Of a stretch of DNA of 64,000 bases, positions 51,806-64,000 are shown piece after piece (the stretch's first letter is position 1; each line of letters starts with the position of its first letter). The notes below the pieces were generated by a model. That model worked only from the letters and a program-made list of their open reading frames with translations. It searched no databases and was not told the DNA's origin. This DNA is from the human T2T-CHM13v2.0 reference genome, Homo sapiens, in assembly GCF_009914755.1 (NCBI RefSeq), contig NC_060936.1; one strand, written 5' to 3'. Position numbers and translations under genes: made by a program.

Positions 51806-52918
51806 TAAGCAGCTGGGATTAGAGGTGTGTGTCAGGATGCCTGGCTAATTTTTGTACTATTAGTAGAGATGGGGTTTCACCATGTTGGCCAGGCTGGTCT
51901 CAAACTCCTGACTTCAGGTGATCCACCTGCCTCGGCCTCCCAAAATGCTGGAATTACAGGCGTGAGCCACCGTGCCTTTGCCTCCTAAGTTCAAGCAATT
52001 CTCCTGCCTCAGCCTCCCTAGTAGCTGGGATTACAGGCGCATGTCACCACGCCTGGCTAATTTTTGTATTTTTGTAGAGATAGGGTTTTGCCATGTTGAC
52101 CAGGCTCATCTTGAACTCCTGACCTCAAGTGACTTGCCCACCTTGGCCTCCCAAAGTGCTGGGATTACAGGCATGAGCCACCACACCTGGCCTAAAATCC
52201 CATTTCTGCCACTTTCTAGCTGTGTGATCTTCAGAAGTGACTTTACTTCTCTGTGCCCAAGCCCTGTATGGGCTCAGTACTTGCCTAACATTCTGAGACC
52301 ACTGTATTATCAAATCTTCCCGACAATCCTGCAAGGGCAGGGGTGGTAAATAATCTTTTCACTATTTTCCAGATAAGGAAACTGAGGCTCAGGGAATTGA
52401 AGGGCACACAGTTATTTTGTGCCTAAGGACACATAGTTATTAACATGCACTGTTCGAGACCAGCCTGACCCACATGCAGAAACCCCATCTCTACTAAAAA
52501 TACAAAGTTAGCCAGGTGTGGTGGTGCATGCCTGTAATCCCAGCTACTTGGGAGGCTGAGGCAGGAAAATCGCTTGAACCCTGGGGGGCAGAAGTTCTGG
52601 TGAGCTGAGATTGCACCATTGCACTCCAGCCTGGGAAACAAGAGTGAAACTCCATCTCAAAAAAAAAAAAACAAAAAAAACCGCACATAGTTATTAACAT
52701 ACAGGGCTGGGATTCAAATGGTCTGATGTGGAATATCAGGCTACTTGGAGGTTTTGTGAAGTCCTTTTACAGCTTTTCATCATTTTGATTTTAAATATTT
52801 CAGTATAGTGGAAACACCTGAACAGGGAGTTCTCCCTCTCCTGTTTGAAACACCAAACAGAATTATCCTCTCAAGGCTGGGATATCCTCTAATGCTGCAA
52901 GACCACAGAATCCATTAC

Positions 52919-52939
52919 CTTTTCGTCCCAGGTGGCCAT
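52919..52939 (-). CDS. HVCN1: HVCN1 start exon: CDS part MATWDEK; whole exon 52919-52958 (40 nt)
   Basis: tttttcag acceptor 52960-52959; GACATGG strong Kozak; AAG|gtaatg donor. Confidence 0.95.
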
Positions 52940-53051
52940 GTCCCTGTTGCCTCTGGATCTGAAAAATAAAAAGACATTTGTCCAGATCTATCATCTTGCT
53001 GCCATCTGCCTTGGTATGTGCTCTGTAATCCTTTCTTACAAATTAGTTTTA

Positions 53052-53601
<550 letters not shown>

Positions 53602-54696
53602 CTAAAAAAAAAAAAAAAAGGAAAAAAAAAAAGAGAGAGAAATAAAGTATTGATACTTATTACAATGTAGATGAACCTCAAAGATACCATGCTAAGTGAA
53701 AAAAGCCAGACATAAAATGTCACATATTGTATGATTCCATTGATATGAAATGTCCGGAACAGGATATGAAATGTCCAGAACAAGCAGATTGGTGGTTGCC
53801 AGGGGCTGGGGACAGGGAAGGATGGGGAGTGACTGCTTAATGGATTAGGGGGTTTCCTTTTGGGATGATGCAAATGTTCTGTGCAGCTAACAAGGTATTT
53901 TTTAAAAAGCAAAATGATATATTATTAATTTTAATACAAAGAAAAACAGTGAAAATGTTCTGATAGAGGTGAAGGCCGCACACTGTGAAATGTACTAAAT
54001 GCCACTGAATTATTCACTTTAAAATGGTTAGCTTTACATTATGTGAATTTCACTCCAATTGAAAAAAGACAGACATTACAGTGTTGGGGTTGCTCTGAAA
54101 AACAGTAAAACCTTCTGAACACCCACCACCAGCTATATCAGTGAATGCACCTCTGAGCAGCAGGAGCTGCTAGTGCTGTTGAGTATTCACATATGGACGT
54201 GGAAAGACGCCAGCCACAGAGCAAACAGAGGAGTCACATTACGGCAGAGTCTACAGGATGACCCCATCTAAGTCAAAAGAAATACAGATGCTTTTTTTTG
54301 GTCCGTAAGGATCACTCTTCGCAGTGGTTATCTTTGGAAGAAAAGGGAGTGATCTGGGTGTGGGGCTTTCCTTCTCTGCTTCTGGGAGGCGTGAACTTTT
54401 ACAATGAGTAGGTGTTACTTTAAAACGTTATTTTTAACATAGGTGATCTATGCATGTAGTAAAAAGTTTAAATTATACAAAAAGATATTCTATGACAAGT
54501 CAGTCTCCCCTCTACCCATTATCCTTCCCAGAAGTGGTCGCTCTGACCCTCTGACCAGTTTCCTACGTCGCCTTCTGGAGTATTCTATGCCCTCACAAGC
54601 ACATGAGTAGATACTCTCCCCCAACCTTTTATTTTATTTTTTTTGTAAACAAATGTGAACCCACATACTGCTGTGAACCTTATTTCCCTTCAGGGT

Positions 54697-55194
54697 GTGG
54701 TAGGCAAAATAATGCTCCCCTTCAAAGATGCACATACCCTAATCCTTGAACTTGTATATTACTTTACATAGCAAAAAGGATTTTGCAGACATGATTAAGT
54801 TGCAGCTCTCAAGATGGAGGGAATGATTTTGGATTATCCTAGTGGACCCAATGTCATCAGAGGGGTCTTTGATAAGTGGAGGCAGGAGAAAGAAGAGATT
54901 GTGAGGACAGAAGCAGAGGCTGGAGTCAGAAAGATCTGAAGATTCAGTGCTTTAAAGATGGAGGATGGGGCCTCAATCCAAGGCATGTGGGCCCCTCTAG
55001 AAGTTGGGAAGGCAAGCAAACAGATTCTCCCCCAGAGCCTGCAGCAGCAACACAGCCCTGCCCATACCTTGACTCGAGCCCACTGAGACCGATTGTGGAC
55101 TTTTGACTTCCAGAACTGTAGCATAATAAATGTGTGTTATCTTAAGCTGCCAAGCTTGTGGCCATTTGTTACAGCAGCCACAGAAGACTAACAC
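54697..55194 (+). mobile_element. MLT1 (MaLR) solo LTR
   Basis: tgtggtaggcaaaataatg...ttgttacagcagccacagaagactaacaca. Confidence 0.8.
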
Positions 55195-55349
55195 AGTATC
55201 TCAGAGGTGGTTCTATGCCAGTGTGTCCTGTATGAAGTGCACGCCTTGTCATGGCTGCACATGAGTCCCCTGTAGGAATGTGTTTAATCCTACTAGTGAT
55301 GGACATTTACGGTTGTTTCCAATCTCCTCCCACCCCAGCGCTTCCATAA

Positions 55350-55601
<252 letters not shown>

Positions 55602-55644
55602 TGAGTTCAAGTGATCCTCCTGCCTCAGCCTCCCATGGTGTTAG

Positions 55645-55815
<171 letters not shown>

Positions 55816-58317
55816 TGAGTAGCTGGGATTATAAGTGCCCACCACCACGCCCAGCTAAAATTTTTTTTTGTATTTTTAGTAGAGACGGGGTTTTGCCACG
55901 TTAGCCAGGCTGGTCTCAGACTCCTGACCTCAAGTGATCCGTTGCCTCAGCCTCCTAAAGTGCTGGAATTACAGGCATGAGCCACCGTGCCTGGCCTAAT
56001 TCTAAAAAATTATTTTGAAATAAACTTTCAAGAAAACTTTAAAGAGGTTCTTTCTCTCCCCACAGTTACATGCTGAGGGTGCAAGGGACTCTTAGACTTT
56101 CTCGCTGGTTGACTGGCAGAGCAACTTCTGGACCCAGCAGAGTTCAGCTTTGCATGTCCCTATACCAGCCCCCTGGGATTCTCAACCTGCTCTCACGAGA
56201 GGGGCTCAAGTGGAACCATCACCACAAGAGGAGGTGAAGGGAAAAATTAAGGTGCCCTGGAGATTTCCTACCTTTGCAAGACAGGAGCTAGAACTAGCAC
56301 ACACGCAGAGGAACACTCAGCTTCAGCAATTCAAGCAACAGAAACTTTAAAACTACCATGCCCTTCTCCATTAAACTAGCCAAAACAAATAAAAAGGATA
56401 AAAACCAATGCTTGCAGAGCTGCAGAGAAATGTGCACACATTCCTGGGGATGATTTTTCTAAATAGCTACCTGGTCACAAGAGGTAAGTGCTTCCAAAAT
56501 GATCCCACCCTTGACTTGCACACCTTGGTTAGGAAACTGTATCTCCAAGAAGCCATTTGATAGCCAAAAACATGCACAATATGGACAATGATATTTATAG
56601 CTAAGTTGAATAGTATGGCTAAAACCTGGAAGTGGCCCTCAACCCCCAAGCCCTACTTTAGGGAAAAGCTGAGGAAGGCAGTGGGCTCTTGGGAGGGATA
56701 ATTCTGAAGTCTATGTAGAAACGGGAGAAAAAATGCTGTCAAGCAGTGAGAAGAAAAATAGGCTGATGGCTGACACATTGCCTGCAACTGTACAAAACTA
56801 TCTGAGCCATTCCTAGGTGCCAGGCACTGATTTCCCAGGTTCTGGGAAATCCAAGGTGAAGAGGAAAGGGCAAGATCACGATCCTGGTAGACTGACATGT
56901 TACCTGGGGAGACAAACAAGGAAGCAAGGAAATATACAAGACAGACCACACCCCCCCCCCCCAGCTAAGCACTGGGAAGCCAGCCAGCCAGAGTAAGGGG
57001 CCAGGGAGCAGGCGGGGTCTCCTTAAGTGGGGTGGTCAGGGACAACTCGACATTTATGGTGTGCCCTGAATTACAAGGGAGTATGTCACAGATTGCAGAG
57101 AAGAGCATTCCCGGGAAAAGGAAGAACACGTGTGCTGTGCACAGCCCCTGAGAGAGCGGAGTACTTAGGAGGTGGCGGCTGGGGACAGCAGTGGACAGGA
57201 CAGTGGCCAGAGAGAAAAATTGAGAATAATCACACAGGGCCTGATCATGGAGAGGGCTTGGCAGGCGATGCTGGGGATTTGGATGGAAGTGAGGGGTCCA
57301 GCGTGATGAGGCGGCAAGAGATGCTGGCGGCCTGGTCTCAGGGTGGAAGTAGGGGGTGGAGGGGTGGCCGGATTCAGGATATGCTTTGGGTTAGAACTTG
57401 TCGCTAGCCTAGACTGTGGGGAAGGGACGAGGAGCGGGGTGGTGGATGACAGCTCCCAGGGCCCAAGCCCCAATGACTAGCAAAGGATCAAGTCTGGGGA
57501 CAAGAACACTCTGGCTTTCTCCTTCTTGCTAAACCTGTGTCGGGGAGGGCAGGGGCCACAGAGCAGCTCTGGACCTTGTGCAAGCCTCAGCCCAGAGATT
57601 TTCAAAACCCTGCCCTTATCAGCCTTTCCCTCTGGGGAGTCAGCCAGAGAAGTTGCCACCCCCTCACCTTGGTCTTACTCAAGCAGCTCCTAGTTGCTGG
57701 TGGGGCTGTCCGGAAATCCTGCAGATCTCAGATAGCCCTGAACAACCTGAAGTTAAAGGTGCCCAGGACAGAGAAGTACTCTCAGAGGGGCAGGACGGAG
57801 GGTGGAGGAAGCACTGGAACCATGAACTTTTGGTAGTAACCTGGTGCCAGGGGCTAAGCCTGTACACCAAGCATCTTATATCATCTTCTCAGCAATCCTG
57901 CGAGGTAGGTACATGCTTAACCTCATGGGACAGATGCGGAAACTGAGGCAGAGACAGGCCAAGTCACGAAGCTGAGCCTGCAAGATCCCCCACACCCAGC
58001 ACTGGTAAAAGTGGTGGGGGCAATGTTGGAGGGAGTTCCACTGAGGAACTGCTCTCCCCTCTCTGTCTTGGCGTTTACCCTGGCCCCAATCACTCTTGTT
58101 CCTCAGCATCTCTGTCTCCAACAGGTGGGTGCTTTTAAAGTGTTTCTAGGGAAGAGTTTGCTTCCCCGGGGCTCCTCCTTCAGGGATGGCTGGGCCTGCT
58201 CATTGCAGCCTTCTCCCGGGACATCCAGCACTGCCTCTGCCCCTGCTTCTCTCCTACAATCTCCCGGGAGGGCAGCGGGGCAGGGACGATGCATCCGAGG
58301 ACTTAGGGGACACAGAC

Positions 58318-58401
58318 CTGGTTGTGAGTTCTGGCTCTGCCTCCTTTGGCTGTGTGACCCAAGGCAAGGGGCTTGGCCTCTCTGCGTCTTGGTTTCTTCA
58401 C
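58318..58401 (-). other. HVCN1: HVCN1 5'UTR exon (84 nt) exonised from a MIR
   Basis: ctcttaacag|GTGAAG acceptor, CAG|gtctgt donor; + strand resembles the MIR core; matches my recollection of the mRNA upstream of ATCCAGAGG. Confidence 0.75.
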
Positions 58402-58409
58402 CTGTTAAG

Positions 58410-59240
58410 AGGGAGACGACGATGGTCACCTGTGGCTGCTGCGCGGAGTGTGAAGAACTGAAGGCACCTGGCCCAGGGCGGCGCGCACCACCAACTCTCC
58501 GGGATCGGGGGGTCACTAGGGCCAGCGTCTCCCGCGTTCCCCTCCCCTGGACTCCAGTCCCTGCCGAGGGGAAGCACTGCCCGCCCGCGCCGGGACACGC
58601 CAGAGCCGAGGGCAACCGAGGGCTGGGGTCCTGCTGGGGCTCCACGGCGAGGCCTGGACAGCGGAGATGCGGGGGGGGGTCCCCTCTTCTCGGAAGGATC
58701 GGGCACTGGGGGTCTTGTAGAAAGGGCTGCACGCCAAACGGGGTACGCCCCCCGCCCGGCCCGAGCACTTACCCGGCGCCCCACCCGCCCGCGGTCACCG
58801 CTGCGACTGGGAGCCTCAGAGCAGGTCCGGCCCAGCCCGTCCCGCCCCGTACCGTACCAGGCCCCGCCCCCGCCCGGGCCGCCCCCGCCCCCGTCCCCGC
58901 CCCCACAGCCCGCAGACCCCCAACGGTCGGCGGGCTTCTAGGCCTCGGCCCGGGTCTTAGTCCCCTTGTCCCTGCCTGTGGTCAGTCCACCCGTTCGTCC
59001 CTACCTCCCTCACCCCGGCTGCCTCCCGCCCCGCAGGGTGGGCCTGTCCTGGGCCTCCCGCAGTTACAAAGGTCCCGCCCGTGGGAGCGAATCGCGGATC
59101 ACAAAAATCCTGCCCCGGGCCAGCCTAAGGGAAGGGTGGGCGGGGGAACCACTTCCTTCCTCCGCCGGCTGGAGCGGGGCGAATCCACCCCGCCAACCCC
59201 TTTCGGGGAGCTTCTGCTCCATCCCACCGTCTCCGGGCCA
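58410..59240. promoter_or_regulatory. CpG island / HVCN1 promoter with GC boxes (58861-58904) and an ETS-like GGAAGT (~59150)
   Basis: High density of CpG and GGGCGG, contrasting with CpG-depleted flanks. Confidence 0.85.
58773..58850 (-). other. HVCN1: Probable HVCN1 first exon in the CpG island (5' end approximate)
   Basis: CGG|gtaagt consensus donor at 58772; GC boxes immediately upstream. Confidence 0.7.
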
Positions 59241-59418
59241 CCCCTGCCTCTGGGTCTCCTGATTCCTTGGCCTCGTCCCCTGCACAGTTTCTGCCATGCA
59301 GGGGTGGAGGGTGGGCAGCACGCTCTGACGAATGAGCAACCTCTCAGCCCTCAGAACTTCCCTTGGTCGAGGGCTCTGAGGCTGCTCATGGGATGGTACT
59401 GGCAAGAGGGAGCCTTAC

Positions 59419-59600
59419 CGCGTGCAGCCCCTGCCTGTCCTGGGCCGCCTTGCTCCGGGCCAACTCGTACGGCCCCGCAGGCGCAGGCCCAGCTCTGAAG
59501 TCCCTCCCCTGTGGGCCCTCCCAGCACCCTGTTCACACAGTCGAATCAGTTCTGTTAGCTTCTGTCTTCCCCCAGAGACCATTTGTCCCAAACATCCTGC
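59419..59600 (-). other. HVCN1: Candidate alternative HVCN1 first exon (5' end approximate)
   Basis: GCG|gtaagg donor at 59418; island edge; CCGGAAG ETS motif just upstream. Confidence 0.5.
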
Positions 59601-59672
59601 AAAGCCGTCTTCTGCACACCTCTCCCTTCCGGTTGAGTCGGGGCTGTGGGGAGAGGCTCACCTCCTTGGGGT

Positions 59673-60115
59673 TGTGTTAGTTTCCTCATGCCGCTGTTAA
59701 CAGATCACCACAAACCTAGTGGCTTAACACAAATGTGTTATCTTACAGCCCTGGAGGCCAGAAGTCTCAGATGGGTCCTACAGGGCCAGAATCAAGGTGT
59801 GGGTGGGGCTGTGCCTTCTGGAGGCGCCAGGGTAGTGTGTTCCTTGCTTTTCCCGGCTGGAGAGGTGCCTGTGATCCTTGGCTGTCTCAATCCGACCTCT
59901 GCCTCCATGGTCACAGCGTCTTCTCCCTTCTAAGGAGCCCTGTGATTATATGGGATCCACCTGGATAATCCAGGCTAATCTCTCCAGCTCAGGATCCTTC
60001 ACATAGCCACATGTGCAAAGTCCCCTTTGCCACTTAAGGCAACATACAGGTTTGGAGGGGTTAGGATGTGGATATCTTGGTAGGGGGGTGCATTCTTCTG
60101 CCTCCCATAGGGGTA
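59673..60115 (-). mobile_element. MLT1 (MaLR) solo LTR directly upstream of the HVCN1 promoter
   Basis: tgtgttagtttcct...gctgttaacagatcaccacaaacctagtggcttaa... Confidence 0.75.
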
Positions 60116-60333
60116 TTGTCTGCTTCAACTGACTCGGCTTTCCCCAATTCTGCTGGGCAGCTGGCTTTCTTTTCTTTTTTCTTTTTTTTGGAACGGAGTC
60201 TCACTGTCGTCCAGCCTGGAGTGCAGTGGTGCGATCTTGGCTTACTGCAACCTCCGCCTCCTGGGTTCAAGCAATTCTCCTGCCTCAAGCCTCCCGAGTA
60301 GCTATGATTACAGGCCAGCATCACCATGCCTGA

Positions 60334-60684
<351 letters not shown>

Positions 60685-62248
60685 TGATCCGCCTGCCTCG
60701 GCCTCCCAAAGTGCTGGGATTACAGGCGTGAAACACCATGCCTGGACTGCAGCAGGCTTTCTTTTTTCTTTTTGAGGTGGAGTCGCGCTCTGTCACCCAG
60801 GCTGGAGTGCAGTGGCGCGACCTCGGCTCACTGCAAGCTCCGCCTCCCAGGTTCATGCCATTCTCCTGCCCCAGCCTCCTGAGTAGCTGGGACTACAGGC
60901 GCCCGCCACCACGCTCGGTTAAATGTTTTGTATTTTTAGTAGAGACGGGGTTTCACCGTGTTAACCAGGATGGTCTCGATCTCCTGACCTCGTGCTCCGT
61001 CCTCCTCGGCCTCCCAAAGTGCTGGGATTACAGGCGTGAGCCACCGCGTCTGGCCAGAAGGCTTTCTTAAAAACATTTTGGTCAGATCTCCTGACTTCTC
61101 AGTCATGTATTATTACAACAGCCCCATGCCAGTTTCTAAGGCATAGTCTGGTCCATTTTCAACTTCAACTTCCTTATATTTTATTAAAAATTCTCCTCCT
61201 CCCCCAGGGCCAGCTAGACAGAGTGGAGAGGATGTGGGGACTGCTCCCAACAGCCCCTCCTCTGTGTTCACTCCCCTCTGGTTGAGGAAGGGAAAAGGGA
61301 ACAAGTACCCCGTCCCCTAGTTGCACACCTGGAAGTTGCAGCCCTCTGTCTTAACATCTGGTCTTGCCTGTAGTTAGACCCTTAGTGCAGACAGGTGGTG
61401 ACCTCAACAGACCCTGCTAAGGCAAGGCAAGGCTCAAACCCTGGCCTGGCTTGATCCCCTGGCTACCTTCCCCCATCCCTTCCCCTACAGAGGCATCGCT
61501 CAGTCTTCTCCCTGGGTACTTGCCTCTGCTCCACGGTGCAGTGGTCCAGTCTGCAGCCCCCAACCTTACTGATGGCCTGGAACCTGGGGCCACCAGCAGG
61601 GACCTATGTCCATACTTTTTGGGAACCAGGATCCCAAAGGAACACTTCAGCAAGTCTGGAGAATTTGGTGATATTCTCAGCATTGTCGTGTTTACTGAAA
61701 TACTGCTACTGCTCAGGCATTTCAGTGGACAGGAAAAGATCTCAAATGTGTTACACTGTTATCCCCAGGCACAGGATTTGACCTGCAGTAGGTACTTTAC
61801 ATTCCTATTGCATAAATTAATGAGTATTGAGCATAATAAGATTGGGGTGCCCTCCATCATTGCTACTATTCAACATTTCACTGATGAGCTCAGTCAATGC
61901 AATAAAACAAGAAAAAAGAAATACAAAGACTGAAAAGAGAAAGACTATTATTTGCAATCGATGTGATTGTCTACCTAGAAAATCCAAAAGACCTAACAGA
62001 CTAACACGTGACCACCTACTGTGTGGTAGGCCCTTTCAAGGTACTAAGTATAAGATGAAGGAACAGCCTTTGTTCTTAGTGAGCTCCCATTTTAGTTGGG
62101 AAAGTGAGGCCAACAATACTTAAAGGAGAAGGCCGGGCATGGTGGCTCACACCTGTAGTCTGAGCACTTTGGGAGGCTGAGGCGGGAGGACTGCTTGAGC
62201 CCAGGAGTTCAAGATGAGCCTTGGTGACAGAACAGTACCCCATTTCTA

Positions 62249-62416
<168 letters not shown>

Positions 62417-62577
62417 TTAAAAAACAAAAACAAAAACAAAAACAAAACAACTTAGGGAAGAGTAAGCTGAGGTCCACAGAAAGAATCCAGGAGGTCTATT
62501 AACTTGGGTGGGAAAAAAATTCTTTATTTTCATTAACCTCTAACTGAAACGTATTATTACTTTGTTTGTTTGTTTAG

Positions 62578-62883
<306 letters not shown>

Positions 62884-62908
62884 TGAAATTTAATATTTCC
62901 TTCAATTA

Positions 62909-63284
<376 letters not shown>

Positions 63285-64000
63285 TCAAAATCACAGATGT
63301 TTTTAAACCACAGTATAGTTATTGGAGATATCTCAAAATATAACTTATATGTATCATTACTTCAAAATTATAGTAGTTACTGAGCCAGCTGTTCTTATAG
63401 TTTAATGTGTACTATAAGAACTCCATCTATTTATTACAAGTAAAAAAAAATTCAAAACTTCAATGCAAGATAGCTGGCATCATTTGTAATACGATGCATT
63501 CGTTCTGTTTTATGCATTGAAAAACATTACTCTTGGAAGAGGTCCAGAAGCTTCCCCAGATGTCAAAGGCCCCAGATTACAAAAAGATTAGGAACTGCGT
63601 TAGATGAAGGACTTGTTCCGGTTTGGGCAATACCAAAGCAGTTCTCTTACACAAGGCAGTCCTTGCCCCACCCCCGGTCCTCCGCATTTCTTACCAAGCA
63701 GTGAGCCCAGCTTGCTTGAATTTTCTGGGTGTCCTGCCTTTTGATGTTCATGGAGCGTGTACTTACTTATTTAGGGATGGGGTCTTGCTCTGTCACCCAG
63801 GCTGGAGTGCAGTGGTGCAATCACTACCCACTTCGGCCTTGACCACCTGGACTCAAACTATCCTCCCATCTTAGCCTCCTGGGTACCTGGGACCACAGGC
63901 ATGCATCACCACACCTGGCTAATTTTTATTTTTTTGTGGAGACAGGGTCTCACTATGTTGCCTAGGCTAGTCTCAAGCTCCTAGGCTCAAGGGATCCTCC

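Noticed and set aside
56465-56490. Donor-like motifs on both strands (CAG|gtagct on -, GAG|gtaagt on +)
   Set aside because: No convincing partner acceptor or frame support; lies in old L1-like sequence
58011-59498. 495-aa + strand ORF, the longest in the track
   Set aside because: GTG start, Pro/Gly/Arg/Ala-rich, spans a MIR and the CpG island antisense to HVCN1; stop depletion is explained by GC content; no recognisable domain

Overview
Human genomic DNA: Alu-dense, with a human-lineage AluYb8. I recognise it from the encoded proteins as the TCTN1/HVCN1 locus (chr12q24, from memory). + strand: the 3' two-thirds of TCTN1 (tectonic-1, ciliary transition-zone/Joubert gene). Ten coding exons (2164-17587) splice in frame to a stop at 17584-17586, followed by a 3'UTR exon from 18737. 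- strand: the complete 273-aa CDS of HVCN1 (voltage-gated proton channel Hv1) in six coding exons (ATG 52939, stop 19104), with 5'UTR exons and a CpG-island promoter at ~58.3-59.6 kb. The two genes overlap tail-to-tail. The rest is intronic repeats (about 50 Alus, MIR/L2, old L1, MLT1, MER21-like, a full-length THE1A provirus, MADE1). I found no evidence for a new gene or a wholly undescribed system, and almost all ORF-track entries are repeat or GC noise. The most notable signals are: (1) a rare AT-AT U12-type intron in TCTN1; (2) a possible alternative TCTN1 C-terminus encoded antisense to the HVCN1 3'UTR; (3) a MIR-derived HVCN1 5'UTR exon and splice-dependent uORF/N-terminal-extension logic; (4) a compact kB/octamer/IRF motif cluster resembling a B-cell enhancer in the long HVCN1 intron. 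Exon numbers are recalled from the reference transcript; repeat boundaries are approximate.
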